The notes below the pieces were generated by a model. It made no database searches. It was not told the DNA's origin and was given only the letters and a program-made list of their open reading frames with translations. This document shows, piece by piece, positions 8,881-18,968 of a DNA stretch of 64,000 bases. The position numbers and the translations under genes are program-made. Numbering within the stretch: position 1 is the stretch's first letter; each line of letters opens with the position of its first letter. The stretch comes from an uncultured Dehalococcoidia bacterium. Lineage in GTDB: Bacteria; Chloroflexota; Dehalococcoidia; Lucifugimonadales; UBA826. The DNA lies in contig CAZCOH010000005.1 of NCBI GenBank assembly GCA_964500645.1, positions 5,297 through 69,296 of the forward strand, in the 5' to 3' direction.

Positions 8881-11346
8881 CTAACTAACTACTATATTGA
8901 TCAAACGACCCTCAATATAGATGATTTTATTTATTTCCTTACCTTCTATATACCCACCCACTTTTTCACTTGATAAGGCTATTTCTTTTGCTCTCTCCTC
9001 TTCCAGATCTGCCGGGGCCTGTATTCGATCACGCAGCTTACCGTTAACTTGCACCACCAAGGTTATCTCATCGTGGGTAGCCAAATCCGAATCATATTTG
9101 GGCCATTTTTGTTTATGAATACTGAAAGAGTTTCCAAGAGACTCCCACATTTCTTCAGTGAGGTGAGGAACTATAGGAGACATCAAAATTAATAAGTTAT
9201 CCAGGGCATTAGCCCATACATTAACCGAGACCTGTCCCTCTCGATACTGTTCAGAAATTTGGTTCGTGTATTCCATAAGTGATGAAATGGCTGTGTTGTA
9301 TTTGAAACGATCCAGATCACCTGTGACTTTCTTTATCGCTATATGCGTATCTCTCTCAAGGTTTTTGTCAGAAATTGGGGAACCATTTTGAAGAAGTCCG
9401 CCTTTATCTTGACCTGCTAATTCCCAAACGCGATTTAACCACCTTGCCGCACCATTTATTCCAGAATCATTCCACTCCCCTCCTTGATCCCAGGGACCAA
9501 TGAACATCAAGTATGTTCTAACGACATCAGCTCCCACGCCCTTCACATATTCATCTGGGGCGATGACATTGCCTCTAGATTTGCTCATTTTAGCGCCCTT
9601 ATAGATGATGGTTCCCTGGTTAAAAAGTCTTTGAAAGGGCTCATGAAAACTAATTAGACCCAGGTCCCTAATTGCCTTTACAAAAAACCTGGCATAAAGC
9701 AGATGCATAACAGCATGCTCGACCCCGCCAGTATATTGATCAACAGGATTCCAATTATTTACTGTTTCTGGATCAAAGGCAGCTTCTTTAAAATTGGGGC
9801 TTGTGTATCTTAGAAAATACCAAGATGAATCAACAAATGTATCCATTGTGTCGGTTTCCCTTGTTGCAGAACCTTTGCAATTTGGGCATTGGGTGTTTAC
9901 GAATTTTTCATGTAATGCCAGTGGAGACTCACCTGTTGGAAGAAACTCCGCATCTTCGGGTAGAATGACTGGCAATTCCTCATCCGGAACAGGAACGGTA
10001 CCGCATAAATCACAATAGATTATTGGAATAGGTGTACCCCAGTATCTTTGACGAGATATTAACCAATCTCTCATCCTGTAATTGACCTGACGCTTCCCGA
10101 TTCCTCTATCCTCTATCATTCCAGTGATTCCGGCCATAGCATCTGAATTATTTAATCCATCAAATTGTCCAGAATTCACCTGGACACCGCGACCGACAAA
10201 AGCCTCTTTAAGAGGTTCACCATCCCATTTAGTAGGACTAACCACAACTTTAATTGGGAGTTCATATCGGCTCGCGAATTCAAAATCCCGCTGATCATGG
10301 GCTGGAACCCCCATAACGACCCCAGTGCCATAAGAATGGAGAACATAGTCTCCGACAAGTATCGGGACTTTATCTCCAGTCAATTTATTTATACAAAATG
10401 AACCTGTAAAGACTCCGGTCTTTTCCCGTTCAGTTGAAAGACGTTCTATTTCACTGGCCTGTCGCGATTTTGTGACATAGGCCTGAACCTCATTTTCATT
10501 TTTACTTGTGGTTAAAAATGGAACTAAAGGGTGTTCTGGCGCCATCACCACAAATGTAACCCCATATATAGTGTCGATACGAGTAGTAAACGTTTTTAAA
10601 GATGCCTGTTCAAGGTTGTATTCAGATATATCGAACTCTATCTCTACGCCTTCACTTTTACCGATCCAATTCGTCTGCATCGTGTTTATTCTTTCTGGCC
10701 AATCAATATTCGATTGATCAAGAAGTTCTTCGGCATAGTCTGTAATTTTTAAGAACCATTGGTTCATATCTCTATGAGTGACTTCAGTATCACAACGCTC
10801 ACATAAGCCGTTGATGACCTGCTCATTGGCAAGAACTGTAACGCAGGAGGGGCACCAATTGACTGGAGCATTGTCCCTGTAAGCTAGTCCCTTTTTATAG
10901 AATTGCAAAAAGAACCATTGGTTCCAATGGTAATATTCAGGAATACATGTGATGACCTCACGTTCCCAGTCGTACATAGGTCCTAGAGTTCGAAGTTGAT
11001 TCCTCATTCTCTCGATGTTGTTCATCGTCCAAGTATGAGGATGAATATTCCTTGCAATAGCGGCATTTTCGGCATTCAATCCAAAAGCATCGAAACCCAT
11101 AGGATGAAGAACGTTGTATCCCTGCATACTTTTAAAACGAGCATGGATATCGGCACCAGTCATAGCAAACCAGTGACCTACATGTAAATCACCTGAAGGG
11201 TAAGGGTACATTGTTAATTCATACCAATTTTCCCCATCACCATCGTCAGTGACCGAATATAATTTTTCCTTTTCCCATCGGTCCTGCCATTTTTTTTCGA
11301 TCTCCTGATGTGGAAAGCGAGTCTCCACAGCTTTTAGAACAACCAT
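8881..11346 (-). CDS. leuS: leucine--tRNA ligase
   Basis: 821-aa ORF with the class I signatures PYPSGDLHVGH and KMSKS, plus an editing-domain region. Confidence 0.97.
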   Translation of the reverse strand: MVVLKAVETRFPHQEIEKKWQDRWEKEKLYSVTDDGDGENWYELTMYPYPSGDLHVGHWFAMTGADIHARFKSMQGYNVLHPMGFDAFGLNAENAAIARNIHPHTWTMNNIERMRNQLRTLGPMYDWEREVITCIPEYYHWNQWFFLQFYKKGLAYRDNAPVNWCPSCVTVLANEQVINGLCERCDTEVTHRDMNQWFLKITDYAEELLDQSNIDWPERINTMQTNWIGKSEGVEIEFDISEYNLEQASLKTFTTRIDTIYGVTFVVMAPEHPLVPFLTTSKNENEVQAYVTKSRQASEIERLSTEREKTGVFTGSFCINKLTGDKVPILVGDYVLHSYGTGVVMGVPAHDQRDFEFASRYELPIKVVVSPTKWDGEPLKEAFVGRGVQVNSGQFDGLNNSDAMAGITGMIEDRGIGKRQVNYRMRDWLISRQRYWGTPIPIIYCDLCGTVPVPDEELPVILPEDAEFLPTGESPLALHEKFVNTQCPNCKGSATRETDTMDTFVDSSWYFLRYTSPNFKEAAFDPETVNNWNPVDQYTGGVEHAVMHLLYARFFVKAIRDLGLISFHEPFQRLFNQGTIIYKGAKMSKSRGNVIAPDEYVKGVGADVVRTYLMFIGPWDQGGEWNDSGINGAARWLNRVWELAGQDKGGLLQNGSPISDKNLERDTHIAIKKVTGDLDRFKYNTAISSLMEYTNQISEQYREGQVSVNVWANALDNLLILMSPIVPHLTEEMWESLGNSFSIHKQKWPKYDSDLATHDEITLVVQVNGKLRDRIQAPADLEEERAKEIALSSEKVGGYIEGKEINKIIYIEGRLINIVVS

Positions 11347-11386
11347 TGATTATTTAATATCTCCCGATAAAAGTTTCCACCGATCT

Positions 11387-12457
11387 TTAAGTATTACCAA
11401 GACACCGCACGACTTCGTCACCTACTTGCTGAGTAGTAGCCGTGCCCCCTAAATCCGGAGTTAGGATTTTCCCTTCCTCTAGAATATGTCGAACACTTTT
11501 TTCAATGTCATCTGCAGCCGTTGATTCGTTTAGATGTTTTAGCAGCATTCCTGCAGTGAGTATCTGGGCCATAGGATTGGCTATCCCCTTTCCCATAATG
11601 TCGGGGGCACTCCCATGAACGGGTTCAAACATAGAAGGGTATCTCCTATCGGGGTCTAAATTCGCGCTGGAGGCTAACCCCATACTTCCTGTAATAATCG
11701 CTCCAATATCCGTTAAAATGTCCCCAAATAAATTGCTTCCTACAACTACGTCAAATGACTCGGGTTTCCGTATAAAGTCCATAGCTGCCGCGTCCACAAG
11801 AAGTGAATCAGTCTCGATATCAGGAAACTCCGAGGAGACCCTTTCAAAGGCTTTATCCCAAACTAACATCCCGTACCCTTGAGCATTAGATTTGGTTATA
11901 GATGTCAGATGCTTCTTTTTATTTCTCCGTTGAGCTAGCTGAAACGCATACCTAATTACACGCTCGCAACCCATTCGGGTGAATATCCCGGCCTGGATAC
12001 CGACCTCTGAAGGGAAATCCGCGTATTGGAACCCACCTACATTGGCATATTCGCCTTCAGTGTTTTCTCTTATGACCACCATATCTATATCGTATGCCGA
12101 TTTATCGGAAAGCGGTGATGTAATTCCTGGATAAAGAATACTCGGCCGTTCACATACGTATTGATCAAAACTTCTTCTGATCGGTAGAAGCAACCCATTG
12201 AGAGTAATATGATCCTGAATGTCTGGATGTCCTACCGCACCTAGGAAAATTGCGTCAAACTCGGCTAGAGAGTCTATTCCATCCGACGGCATCATTTCCC
12301 CAGTTTCTTTATAGTAGTCTGACCCCCATGGAAACTCTTGGAATTCGATATCAAAACCATGTCCTTTGGAGACCTCGTTAAGCACCTTAAGGCCCTCTTC
12401 TACGACTTCAATTCCAATTCCGTCACCTCTGATAACTGCAACTTTGTGATTTTTCAT
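11387..12457 (-). CDS. tartrate dehydrogenase/decarboxylase-like (isocitrate/isopropylmalate dehydrogenase family)
   Basis: 356-aa ORF. VAVIRGDGIGIEV, FPWGSDYYKETGEMMP, LLLPIRRSFDQYV and FEPVHGSAPDIMGKGIANP closely resemble TtuC-type enzymes. Confidence 0.8.
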   Translation of the reverse strand: MKNHKVAVIRGDGIGIEVVEEGLKVLNEVSKGHGFDIEFQEFPWGSDYYKETGEMMPSDGIDSLAEFDAIFLGAVGHPDIQDHITLNGLLLPIRRSFDQYVCERPSILYPGITSPLSDKSAYDIDMVVIRENTEGEYANVGGFQYADFPSEVGIQAGIFTRMGCERVIRYAFQLAQRRNKKKHLTSITKSNAQGYGMLVWDKAFERVSSEFPDIETDSLLVDAAAMDFIRKPESFDVVVGSNLFGDILTDIGAIITGSMGLASSANLDPDRRYPSMFEPVHGSAPDIMGKGIANPMAQILTAGMLLKHLNESTAADDIEKSVRHILEEGKILTPDLGGTATTQQVGDEVVRCLGNT

Positions 12458-12567
12458 TGATTCCTTCCTAGTTTCTCAGTCGATAACTTCTTAAACCGGT
12501 TATTAGCACAGCGCAGGAAATGTTAACTTACTGGAGAGATATGTGGTAGGTAAAGTATAGACAACAG

Positions 12568-13050
12568 TCATAGAACCCCTGCCACCACGTCAATAGCATA
12601 GCAACCCAGCTCTACAACATCTGCAGGGGGAACCAACAGTTTGCCTGATTCACTTGATAGTCCGTCTTTCAAATTATCTTTGGAAAACCATGCCCAACCT
12701 TGGCTAAGATTTTCGAGAGACTTAGGTGTGCATATGTATATGAAATCAAGATGCTGATGAAAGCCTTCCTTTGGATCATCAATATCTTCAATGAGTATTA
12801 TTTCGGGGGAATGTATAGATTTTGGGTACGAAAATTTAAAGTTAGTTGTTGTGGGTCCAATAAAGAGGTCGACTTCAAGTCCTGTCTCCTCCGTAACTTC
12901 TCTCAAAGCGGCTCCGACAGGGTCCTCATTCGGTTCTATATGACCGCCCGGAGGGAGATATTCCATTACTTTTTTGTGCCAATGTAATAGGACTTTTTCC
13001 TGATAGACTACATACGCGCTGGAAGTGAAATGCCTAACATTCTCCGACAT
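12568..13050 (-). CDS. NUDIX hydrolase
   Basis: 160-aa ORF with an intact NUDIX box: GGHIEPNEDPVGAALREVTEETGL. Confidence 0.75.
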   Translation of the reverse strand: MSENVRHFTSSAYVVYQEKVLLHWHKKVMEYLPPGGHIEPNEDPVGAALREVTEETGLEVDLFIGPTTTNFKFSYPKSIHSPEIILIEDIDDPKEGFHQHLDFIYICTPKSLENLSQGWAWFSKDNLKDGLSSESGKLLVPPADVVELGCYAIDVVAGVL

Positions 13051-13144
13051 CTATTTCTTACTCCACATGATTGAGATTAGAAATACTCTAATGTATTAAC
13101 GACTATTATTGAAATACGCCGTCAATACATTACGTATATAATGC

Positions 13145-13240
13145 CCTTACTACGGGGAGCTTTTCTAGCTGAGAGGGTGTTGCATTTGCACCGACCCAAC
13201 ACCTGATCTGGGTAATGCCAGCGGAGGGAATTTCAGCCAA
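13145..13240 (+). promoter_or_regulatory. TPP (THI-box) riboswitch upstream of thiG
   Basis: The conserved elements appear in canonical order: ACGGGGAGC ... GCTGAGAGG ... ACCC ... ACCTGATCTGGGTAATGCCAGCGGAGGGAA. The element sits about 60-70 nt before the thiG start. A CTCC tract downstream of the aptamer, around 13245, is complementary to the GGAG at 13281-13284. Confidence 0.85.
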
Positions 13241-13301
13241 GTCTCCCAACATAAAACATTAAAGTTTTAATTCTACGATTGGAGTAGATATTTCTTTATA
13301 T

Positions 13302-14084
13302 ATGGAGACAGGGATGCAAGATCATTTAGACATTGCCGGAAAAAAATTTACCTCGAGGTTGATGGTTGGGACAGGGCGGCACAGAAGTATGGATGAAATG
13401 GTTGACTCCATTGAGGCATCAGGAGCCGAGATTATAACCGTCGCTATCGGAAGGTTGGATCTGTCTAATCTCGCCGAAAAAACGATCCTTGACTACTTTG
13501 ATTGGGACAAATACACAATTCTGCCTAATACAGCAGGTAGCAAAACTTCGGAAGAAGCAATTTTGACTGCTAAATTAGCAAGAGAAATCACTGGATCAAG
13601 TTGGATTAAATTGGAAGTAATTCCCGACCCATCTCACTTGCTTCCCGATCCGATAGGAACATACCAAGCGGCGAAAGAATTAGTCGCCGAAGGCTTTGAC
13701 GTTCTTCCTTATATTCATGCAGATCCCGTTTTGGCAGCTAGATTAGACGACCTTGGATGCGCTACTGTCATGCCCCTAGGTTCTGCGATTGGATCAGGTC
13801 AGGGTATTTTAACAATGGAAGAGATCAAATTGATTATTCGCTCTTCGACAGTTCCTGTGGTTGTTGATGCAGGATTAGCCGTACCCTCCGATGCGTCACA
13901 GGCGTTGGAAGCGGGTGCGGACGCGGTATTAGTTAACACAGCTATCGCTCAATCTCTTAATCCCAAAATGATGGGTAATGCATTCAAATTAGGAGTTGAA
14001 GCTGGACGAAATGCTTATTTGGCTGGAAGGATACCGGCTCAGGAGACCGCAGTTGACAGTAGTCCTGGTGCAGGAAGTTCTTAA
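13302..14084 (+). CDS. thiG: thiazole synthase
   Basis: 260-aa ORF. IAGKKFTSRLMVGTGRH, LKLEVIPD and MPLGSAIGSGQG are present. The ATG at 13314, preceded by GGAGA, is an alternative start. Confidence 0.93.
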   Translation: METGMQDHLDIAGKKFTSRLMVGTGRHRSMDEMVDSIEASGAEIITVAIGRLDLSNLAEKTILDYFDWDKYTILPNTAGSKTSEEAILTAKLAREITGSSWIKLEVIPDPSHLLPDPIGTYQAAKELVAEGFDVLPYIHADPVLAARLDDLGCATVMPLGSAIGSGQGILTMEEIKLIIRSSTVPVVVDAGLAVPSDASQALEAGADAVLVNTAIAQSLNPKMMGNAFKLGVEAGRNAYLAGRIPAQETAVDSSPGAGSS

Positions 14085-14103
14085 ATCTAAAGCGATTATA
14101 TTT

Positions 14104-14739
14104 ATGGTTTTGATTAACGCTCCTATATTCTCACTCGTTACTAACCGCAGTAGGGTTAAAAATGAAGATTTTATTTCCGTTATCGAAGAAGTCGTTGCAG
14201 GCGGGGTGAATCTCGTTCAGATTAGAGAAAAGGATCTCTCCATAGATGAATTGCAAAATATTTATTGTAAATTAGCGGATCGGATCAATAGGAATTCTTT
14301 AATTTCTGTAAATGTATCAAAGTTTACCAACAAATTCGGACATGGCTGCCTACTTCATTTCCCTGAAGACGTAAAATTAGACCCCCAAATTAGAAAATCC
14401 AAATTCGGTCAGTCTGTCCATTCGGTGCAAAGTGCTGTTACCGCAGAGAAAGCCGGGGCATCCTACCTCTTCGCGGGTACCATCTTTCCATCGAAGAGTC
14501 ATCCAGGCCTACCAGGGGCAGGTACCGAGTATCTAGCCAGTATATGCCGGGCTGTCACGATACCAACAGTCGCGATAGGTGGGATTGACGAAACAAACAC
14601 TGAATCAGTTATGAAATCAGGGGCGGCAGGCGTAGCAGTTATCTCGAGTTTATTGGAAGCTAAAGACCCTTACAAGAAAGCCTTGGAAATCAGTCATATA
14701 ATAGAGACAGCTTGGGAAAACAACCGTTTGGGAATTTGA
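14104..14739 (+). CDS. thiE: thiamine-phosphate synthase family protein (ThiE/TenI family)
   Basis: The track ORF starts at 13996 inside thiG. The first ATG after the thiG stop is 14104. VQIREKD, GQSVHS and VAIGGI are TMP-TENI family motifs. I cannot distinguish ThiE from TenI by eye. Confidence 0.78.
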   Translation: MVLINAPIFSLVTNRSRVKNEDFISVIEEVVAGGVNLVQIREKDLSIDELQNIYCKLADRINRNSLISVNVSKFTNKFGHGCLLHFPEDVKLDPQIRKSKFGQSVHSVQSAVTAEKAGASYLFAGTIFPSKSHPGLPGAGTEYLASICRAVTIPTVAIGGIDETNTESVMKSGAAGVAVISSLLEAKDPYKKALEISHIIETAWENNRLGI

Positions 14740-14740
14740 A

Positions 14741-14947
14741 ATGATTGAGATCAGGATAAACGGGAATATTGAAAGAATCGAGGATGATTCGACTTTAGAC
14801 TCATATTTGCAAATCCTTGGATTACAGGACCGCAAAGCAATTGCAATTGCTTTAAACGGAGAAGTGATCCCAAGAGAACAATTCTCTCAAACAAAAATAT
14901 CTGTTGGCGATTCGTTGGAAATCGTAAGGGCGATAGGCGGAGGATAA
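14741..14947 (+). CDS. thiS: sulfur carrier protein ThiS
   Basis: 68-aa ORF ending in the GG C-terminus (VRAIGGG), with a ubiquitin-like ThiS pattern. It starts 1 nt after the thiE stop. Confidence 0.85.
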   Translation: MIEIRINGNIERIEDDSTLDSYLQILGLQDRKAIAIALNGEVIPREQFSQTKISVGDSLEIVRAIGGG

Positions 14948-14955
14948 TCCTTACG

Positions 14956-15723
14956 TTATTTAGATGCCTCTATTACCAGAGCGAATGGAATTTTCTCCAG
15001 CCGTTCCCTATAAGGCTCCCAATAAGGTCCTTTGTAGGGCGAAAGATCGGAATCTTGTATCGGTAACGCTCTTGGTTCCAATAATCTTAGAATTTTGAAT
15101 CCTTGATTTAAAACAGAGCCAACGATCTCCTCAATCGTGCGAAAGATCGTGAGATTTAACTCCTTTCCATCCTCATCTTCATCAGCCCATATTTCGACCG
15201 GGAGATTAAAGTAGTCATGGGCTATTACTGCCTTTTCTGTTGTGTCCCATTGGAAAGAGCCTAAAGGGTGAACCGTACTAAACAAAATACGTCCATCCGG
15301 CCGCAGAATTCTATAAGATGCAGCAAAAAATTCATCGATGTTTGAAACAAACTCAATGGCAAACATAGATAATATCCAATCGAAAGTTTCACTTTTTATC
15401 CAGTCTAGAGAGGTTATGTCACCTCTAATTACATCTGAATTTCCGTTGGGTATTTTTAATTTGTGAGCGTGCCTTATTTGTTCCATTGAGGCATCCACCC
15501 CTACTGACCATCCACCTTTTCTGGCACAGGCAATCGTGTTCTGTGCTGCACCGCATCCAAGTTCCAAGAAACGTTTGCCTTTGAAATCTTGAATAATCTG
15601 TATGGCTTCCGCACCTTGTCCTAACGGTGAGAGGTGAATGTCCTCAACAGATATTTCACTTAGCCGCTGGTAAGTATCAGCCATTGAACTCCAGCCAGAA
15701 ATACTATTTTCTATAAGATCCAC
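14956..15723 (-). CDS. class I SAM-dependent methyltransferase
   Basis: 255-aa ORF. Motif I is FLELGCGAAQN and the post-I/II pattern is (LRPDGRILFS). Confidence 0.8.
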   Translation of the reverse strand: MDLIENSISGWSSMADTYQRLSEISVEDIHLSPLGQGAEAIQIIQDFKGKRFLELGCGAAQNTIACARKGGWSVGVDASMEQIRHAHKLKIPNGNSDVIRGDITSLDWIKSETFDWILSMFAIEFVSNIDEFFAASYRILRPDGRILFSTVHPLGSFQWDTTEKAVIAHDYFNLPVEIWADEDEDGKELNLTIFRTIEEIVGSVLNQGFKILRLLEPRALPIQDSDLSPYKGPYWEPYRERLEKIPFALVIEASK

Positions 15724-15801
15724 AATTTAAGGCTCCTTCTATGTAATATAGGTGAATGCTTCAAAGTATTATCTAGGTTTCAATAATCGGGGGACAAGTA
15801 T

Positions 15802-17820
15802 ATGAATAATAAAAAGACTCTTATTAATACGGAGAACGTCATATCACCAGAAGATGCGGTCTTCGACTTTGCGACTCATGCAGATGGTCCCTCTGGGAAA
15901 ATACCTTTCACCGCCGAAATATTAATAGACCAGCCCAGCGGAGACCATTTTGGAATGAGTCAAAATGCCGGTATGGGGTGGGATCCAAAAGAAATGCTTA
16001 GAAAACATTTTCTAATATTATCCACCTCTGGCGGCCTCCGAGATCCCAATGGCTCACCGATTGCTTTGGGCCTCCATACGGGTCACTACGAATTGACACT
16101 TCAAGTGGAGGAAGCGGCCAAACAACTGAAGGATTTAGGAACTATTCCCTACTCCCTATATTGCTCAGACCCTTGTGACGGACGCACTCAAGGTACCACC
16201 GGCATGATGGATTCCTTGCCATATCGAAACGATGCTGCTCAGGTTTTTAGGCGGCAGGCAAGGTCACTCCCGACGGCAGTAGGAATCATGGGTATAGCCT
16301 CATGCGATAAAGGCCTCCCCGCCATGATGATGGCCCTTGCAGGCCTTCGAGATAAGCCAGTTGTAATTGTCCCCGGTGGATCAACTTTAGCTGTAAGAGA
16401 TGGCGAAGATACTGGCATGATTCAATCGATTGGTGCCAGATTTTCGCAGGGTGAAGTGACTCTGGATTACGCACAGGATATGGGTTGCAAAGCCTGTGCG
16501 TCGCCAGGCGGAGGATGCCATTTTTTAGGTACAGCAGGTACATCTCAAGTCATATCTGAATCTCTCGGGTTATCCTTGACTCACAGTGCTTTATGTCCAT
16601 CCGGAACCCCCGCCTGGAAGGACATAGCCAAGAGATCGGCAAGAGCGTTAGTTTTAGCCGAAAATCAGAATCTAGACTCCAACGCAGTCTTGACGGATGC
16701 TGCTTTTCGAAATGCGATGGTAGTTCATGCTGCATGTGGTGGGTCAACAAATCTTTTACTCCACTTACCTGCAATCGCGCATGCGGCTGGTCGGCATAGG
16801 ATGACTGTAGAAGAATGGAATAAGGTAAACAAGGAGACCCCGAGATTAGTAGATGTTCTGCCAAATGGCCCTATCGGGTTCCCTACGTCTGAGCTATATT
16901 CCGCCGGTGGTGTCCCTGAAGTCATGTTGCATCTTCGAAAATTAGGATTACTAGACACACAGGTTGCGACGGTTACCGGACAATCCCTCGGAGAGAATCT
17001 AGACTGGTGGGAATCTTCTGAAAGGCGGGGGGTTTTTAGAAAATATCTATTGGAAAAAAACGGCGTCTCGCCCGATCAAATAATAATGACCCCTGATAAT
17101 GCAAAAAAGAATGGCCTGACAAGTACAGTCTCATTTCCTATAGGGAACATCGCCCCTGAGGGATCCGTCATAAAAAGTACAGCTATAGACCCTTCAGTCG
17201 TGGACCCCGATGGAATCTACCGTAATCTCGGTTACGCTCGGGTTTTTAATACGGAAAAAGAAGCCATAAGTTCGATCAAAAGCCAAAAGAAAGACCTGAA
17301 ACTCAAGGCTGGAGACATCATGGTTCTTAAATGTGGGGGGCCTATGGGAACCGGTATGGAGGAGGTTTATCAAATCACCGCAGCACTAAAACATTTGTCC
17401 TATGGAAAGGAGATAGCTCTTATTACCGATGCAAGATTTTCCGGCGTCTCAACAGGAGCCTGTATAGGGCACGTTGGACCGGAAGCTCTCGCAGGTGGTC
17501 CAATCGGCAGAATTGAAGAGGGCGATTTAATTGAAATTATCATTGACCGAGAAAGGTTAGAAGGCACTATAAATCTAGTGGGAGACAACTCGGGACATCA
17601 TGGAAAGGCTTGGGGAACCAAAACACTCGCGGAGAGAAAAGATTCGGAATCTCTCAAACCACATCCTAAAATACCAGATGATTCTCGTCTTTGGGCTTCT
17701 CTACAAGATGTGTCAGGCGGTACATGGGGAGGATGCGTCTTTGACGTAGACCAAATTATCAAGACTCTCGAGGCCGGAAAAGAGGTTCTCCGGGCCCGAG
17801 AGAAAATAGTTCCTGACTGA
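15802..17820 (+). CDS. YjhG/YagF-family sugar-acid dehydratase (D-xylonate dehydratase-like, IlvD/Edd superfamily)
   Basis: 672-aa ORF, colinear with my recollection of E. coli YjhG: THADGPSGKIPFTAE, SDPCDGRTQGTTGM, SCDKGLPAMMMAL, ITDARFSGVSTGACIGHVGPEALAGGPIG, DDSRLWASLQDVSGGTW. Confidence 0.88.
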   Translation: MNNKKTLINTENVISPEDAVFDFATHADGPSGKIPFTAEILIDQPSGDHFGMSQNAGMGWDPKEMLRKHFLILSTSGGLRDPNGSPIALGLHTGHYELTLQVEEAAKQLKDLGTIPYSLYCSDPCDGRTQGTTGMMDSLPYRNDAAQVFRRQARSLPTAVGIMGIASCDKGLPAMMMALAGLRDKPVVIVPGGSTLAVRDGEDTGMIQSIGARFSQGEVTLDYAQDMGCKACASPGGGCHFLGTAGTSQVISESLGLSLTHSALCPSGTPAWKDIAKRSARALVLAENQNLDSNAVLTDAAFRNAMVVHAACGGSTNLLLHLPAIAHAAGRHRMTVEEWNKVNKETPRLVDVLPNGPIGFPTSELYSAGGVPEVMLHLRKLGLLDTQVATVTGQSLGENLDWWESSERRGVFRKYLLEKNGVSPDQIIMTPDNAKKNGLTSTVSFPIGNIAPEGSVIKSTAIDPSVVDPDGIYRNLGYARVFNTEKEAISSIKSQKKDLKLKAGDIMVLKCGGPMGTGMEEVYQITAALKHLSYGKEIALITDARFSGVSTGACIGHVGPEALAGGPIGRIEEGDLIEIIIDRERLEGTINLVGDNSGHHGKAWGTKTLAERKDSESLKPHPKIPDDSRLWASLQDVSGGTWGGCVFDVDQIIKTLEAGKEVLRAREKIVPD

Positions 17821-18855
17821 CTATCTAATGCGTTCTAATTTCTGCATAGATCTCAATTCCCTAGCAGGTTCCATTTTGCTGCCATAGTCACTCCATGAGA
17901 CCTCGGCGACATAAATGTCTCCTTTTGAATCAACGGCTATGCCATGCGGAGAGAAAAACCTTCCACTTTGTTCACCATAACTCTGCCGTCCGACACGAGC
18001 TACCAAGTTGCTGGAAAGATCGTATATCCCTACGCGAGGCCCTAAGTCTGTACCCATGTCATTGGATGCTATTCCGGCGAAATATTCACCTACATACATG
18101 AGATCTGACCCTGAGGATCCATCGAGGCACATGATCGCTGCACGGGACATATTGAGCCATTGGGTCTCGTATTTCCCTTCACTGTTAAAAACCTGAATAC
18201 GGTGGTTCTCCCTATCTGCTATGTAAACCCAGCCATCAGAATCTACGACAACCCCGTGTACAATGTTAAATTGTCCCTCACCTGTCCCGGATTCTCCCCA
18301 GGAAAATAACAAATTCCCGTCGGGACTATATTTGTGTACCACGGCGTTAGAATATCCATCTGCGACGTAGAAATTTCCAGTCGAAGGTTCCACTGCCACA
18401 TGCGTTGGCTTAGCGAATGGCTTTCCGCTCATTGGCGGCGCCCCTGCACCAGGTGTCCCTAAAGTCATTAACAGTTTTCCGTCAGAAGTAAATTTCCTTA
18501 CGGTACTATCACCATTGTCTACACAAAACACTTCATCATCGGGCCCAATTGTCACTCCGTGTGGATTTGCAAAAACCCCCTCGCCCCAAGTGTCTAATAT
18601 GTTTCCTTGGGAGTCGAAGATTATCATCGGAACGGTCCCCCGATTGAAAACGTAGACTCTATCTTTCGAATCAACATCGACGGCGGTTGCCTCTTTGTAA
18701 GTCCAACCATCCGGAATGTTTCCCCAATCTTTACCTGAGAGTTTATAAGTAAATCCGTTCTCCCCCAGGATAACCTCTCCTATTTCATCGTCTTTACCGA
18801 CGGTATGTCCTTCTTCTTGAATCCCAAATTCCCAATTATCTTCCTTATCAGGCAT
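17821..18855 (-). CDS. NHL-repeat six-bladed beta-propeller protein (peptidyl-alpha-hydroxyglycine alpha-amidating lyase-like)
   Basis: 344-aa ORF with repeated NHL-type blades: PHGVTIGPDDEVFCVD, PTHVAVEPSTGNFYVADGY, VHGVVVDSDGWVYIADRENHRIQVF, PHGIAVDSKGDIYVAEV. GGAGG lies upstream of the ATG. Confidence 0.75.
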   Translation of the reverse strand: MPDKEDNWEFGIQEEGHTVGKDDEIGEVILGENGFTYKLSGKDWGNIPDGWTYKEATAVDVDSKDRVYVFNRGTVPMIIFDSQGNILDTWGEGVFANPHGVTIGPDDEVFCVDNGDSTVRKFTSDGKLLMTLGTPGAGAPPMSGKPFAKPTHVAVEPSTGNFYVADGYSNAVVHKYSPDGNLLFSWGESGTGEGQFNIVHGVVVDSDGWVYIADRENHRIQVFNSEGKYETQWLNMSRAAIMCLDGSSGSDLMYVGEYFAGIASNDMGTDLGPRVGIYDLSSNLVARVGRQSYGEQSGRFFSPHGIAVDSKGDIYVAEVSWSDYGSKMEPARELRSMQKLERIR

Positions 18856-18968
18856 AGGTGCCTCCTTGAAAAGCTATCTGCGTCTGTTATGGTCCTTTAA
18901 TGGCAATATTGCTTAGAAGTCGCACTTATTGTCAAGCGTTATTAAAAATCAGGAGCAAGTGAAGACAC

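Noticed and set aside
13996-14103. N-terminal 36-codon extension of the thiE ORF overlapping the end of thiG
   Set aside because: The extension overlaps thiG by 89 nt and has no ThiE-like sequence. The ATG at 14104, just after the thiG stop, is the more plausible start.
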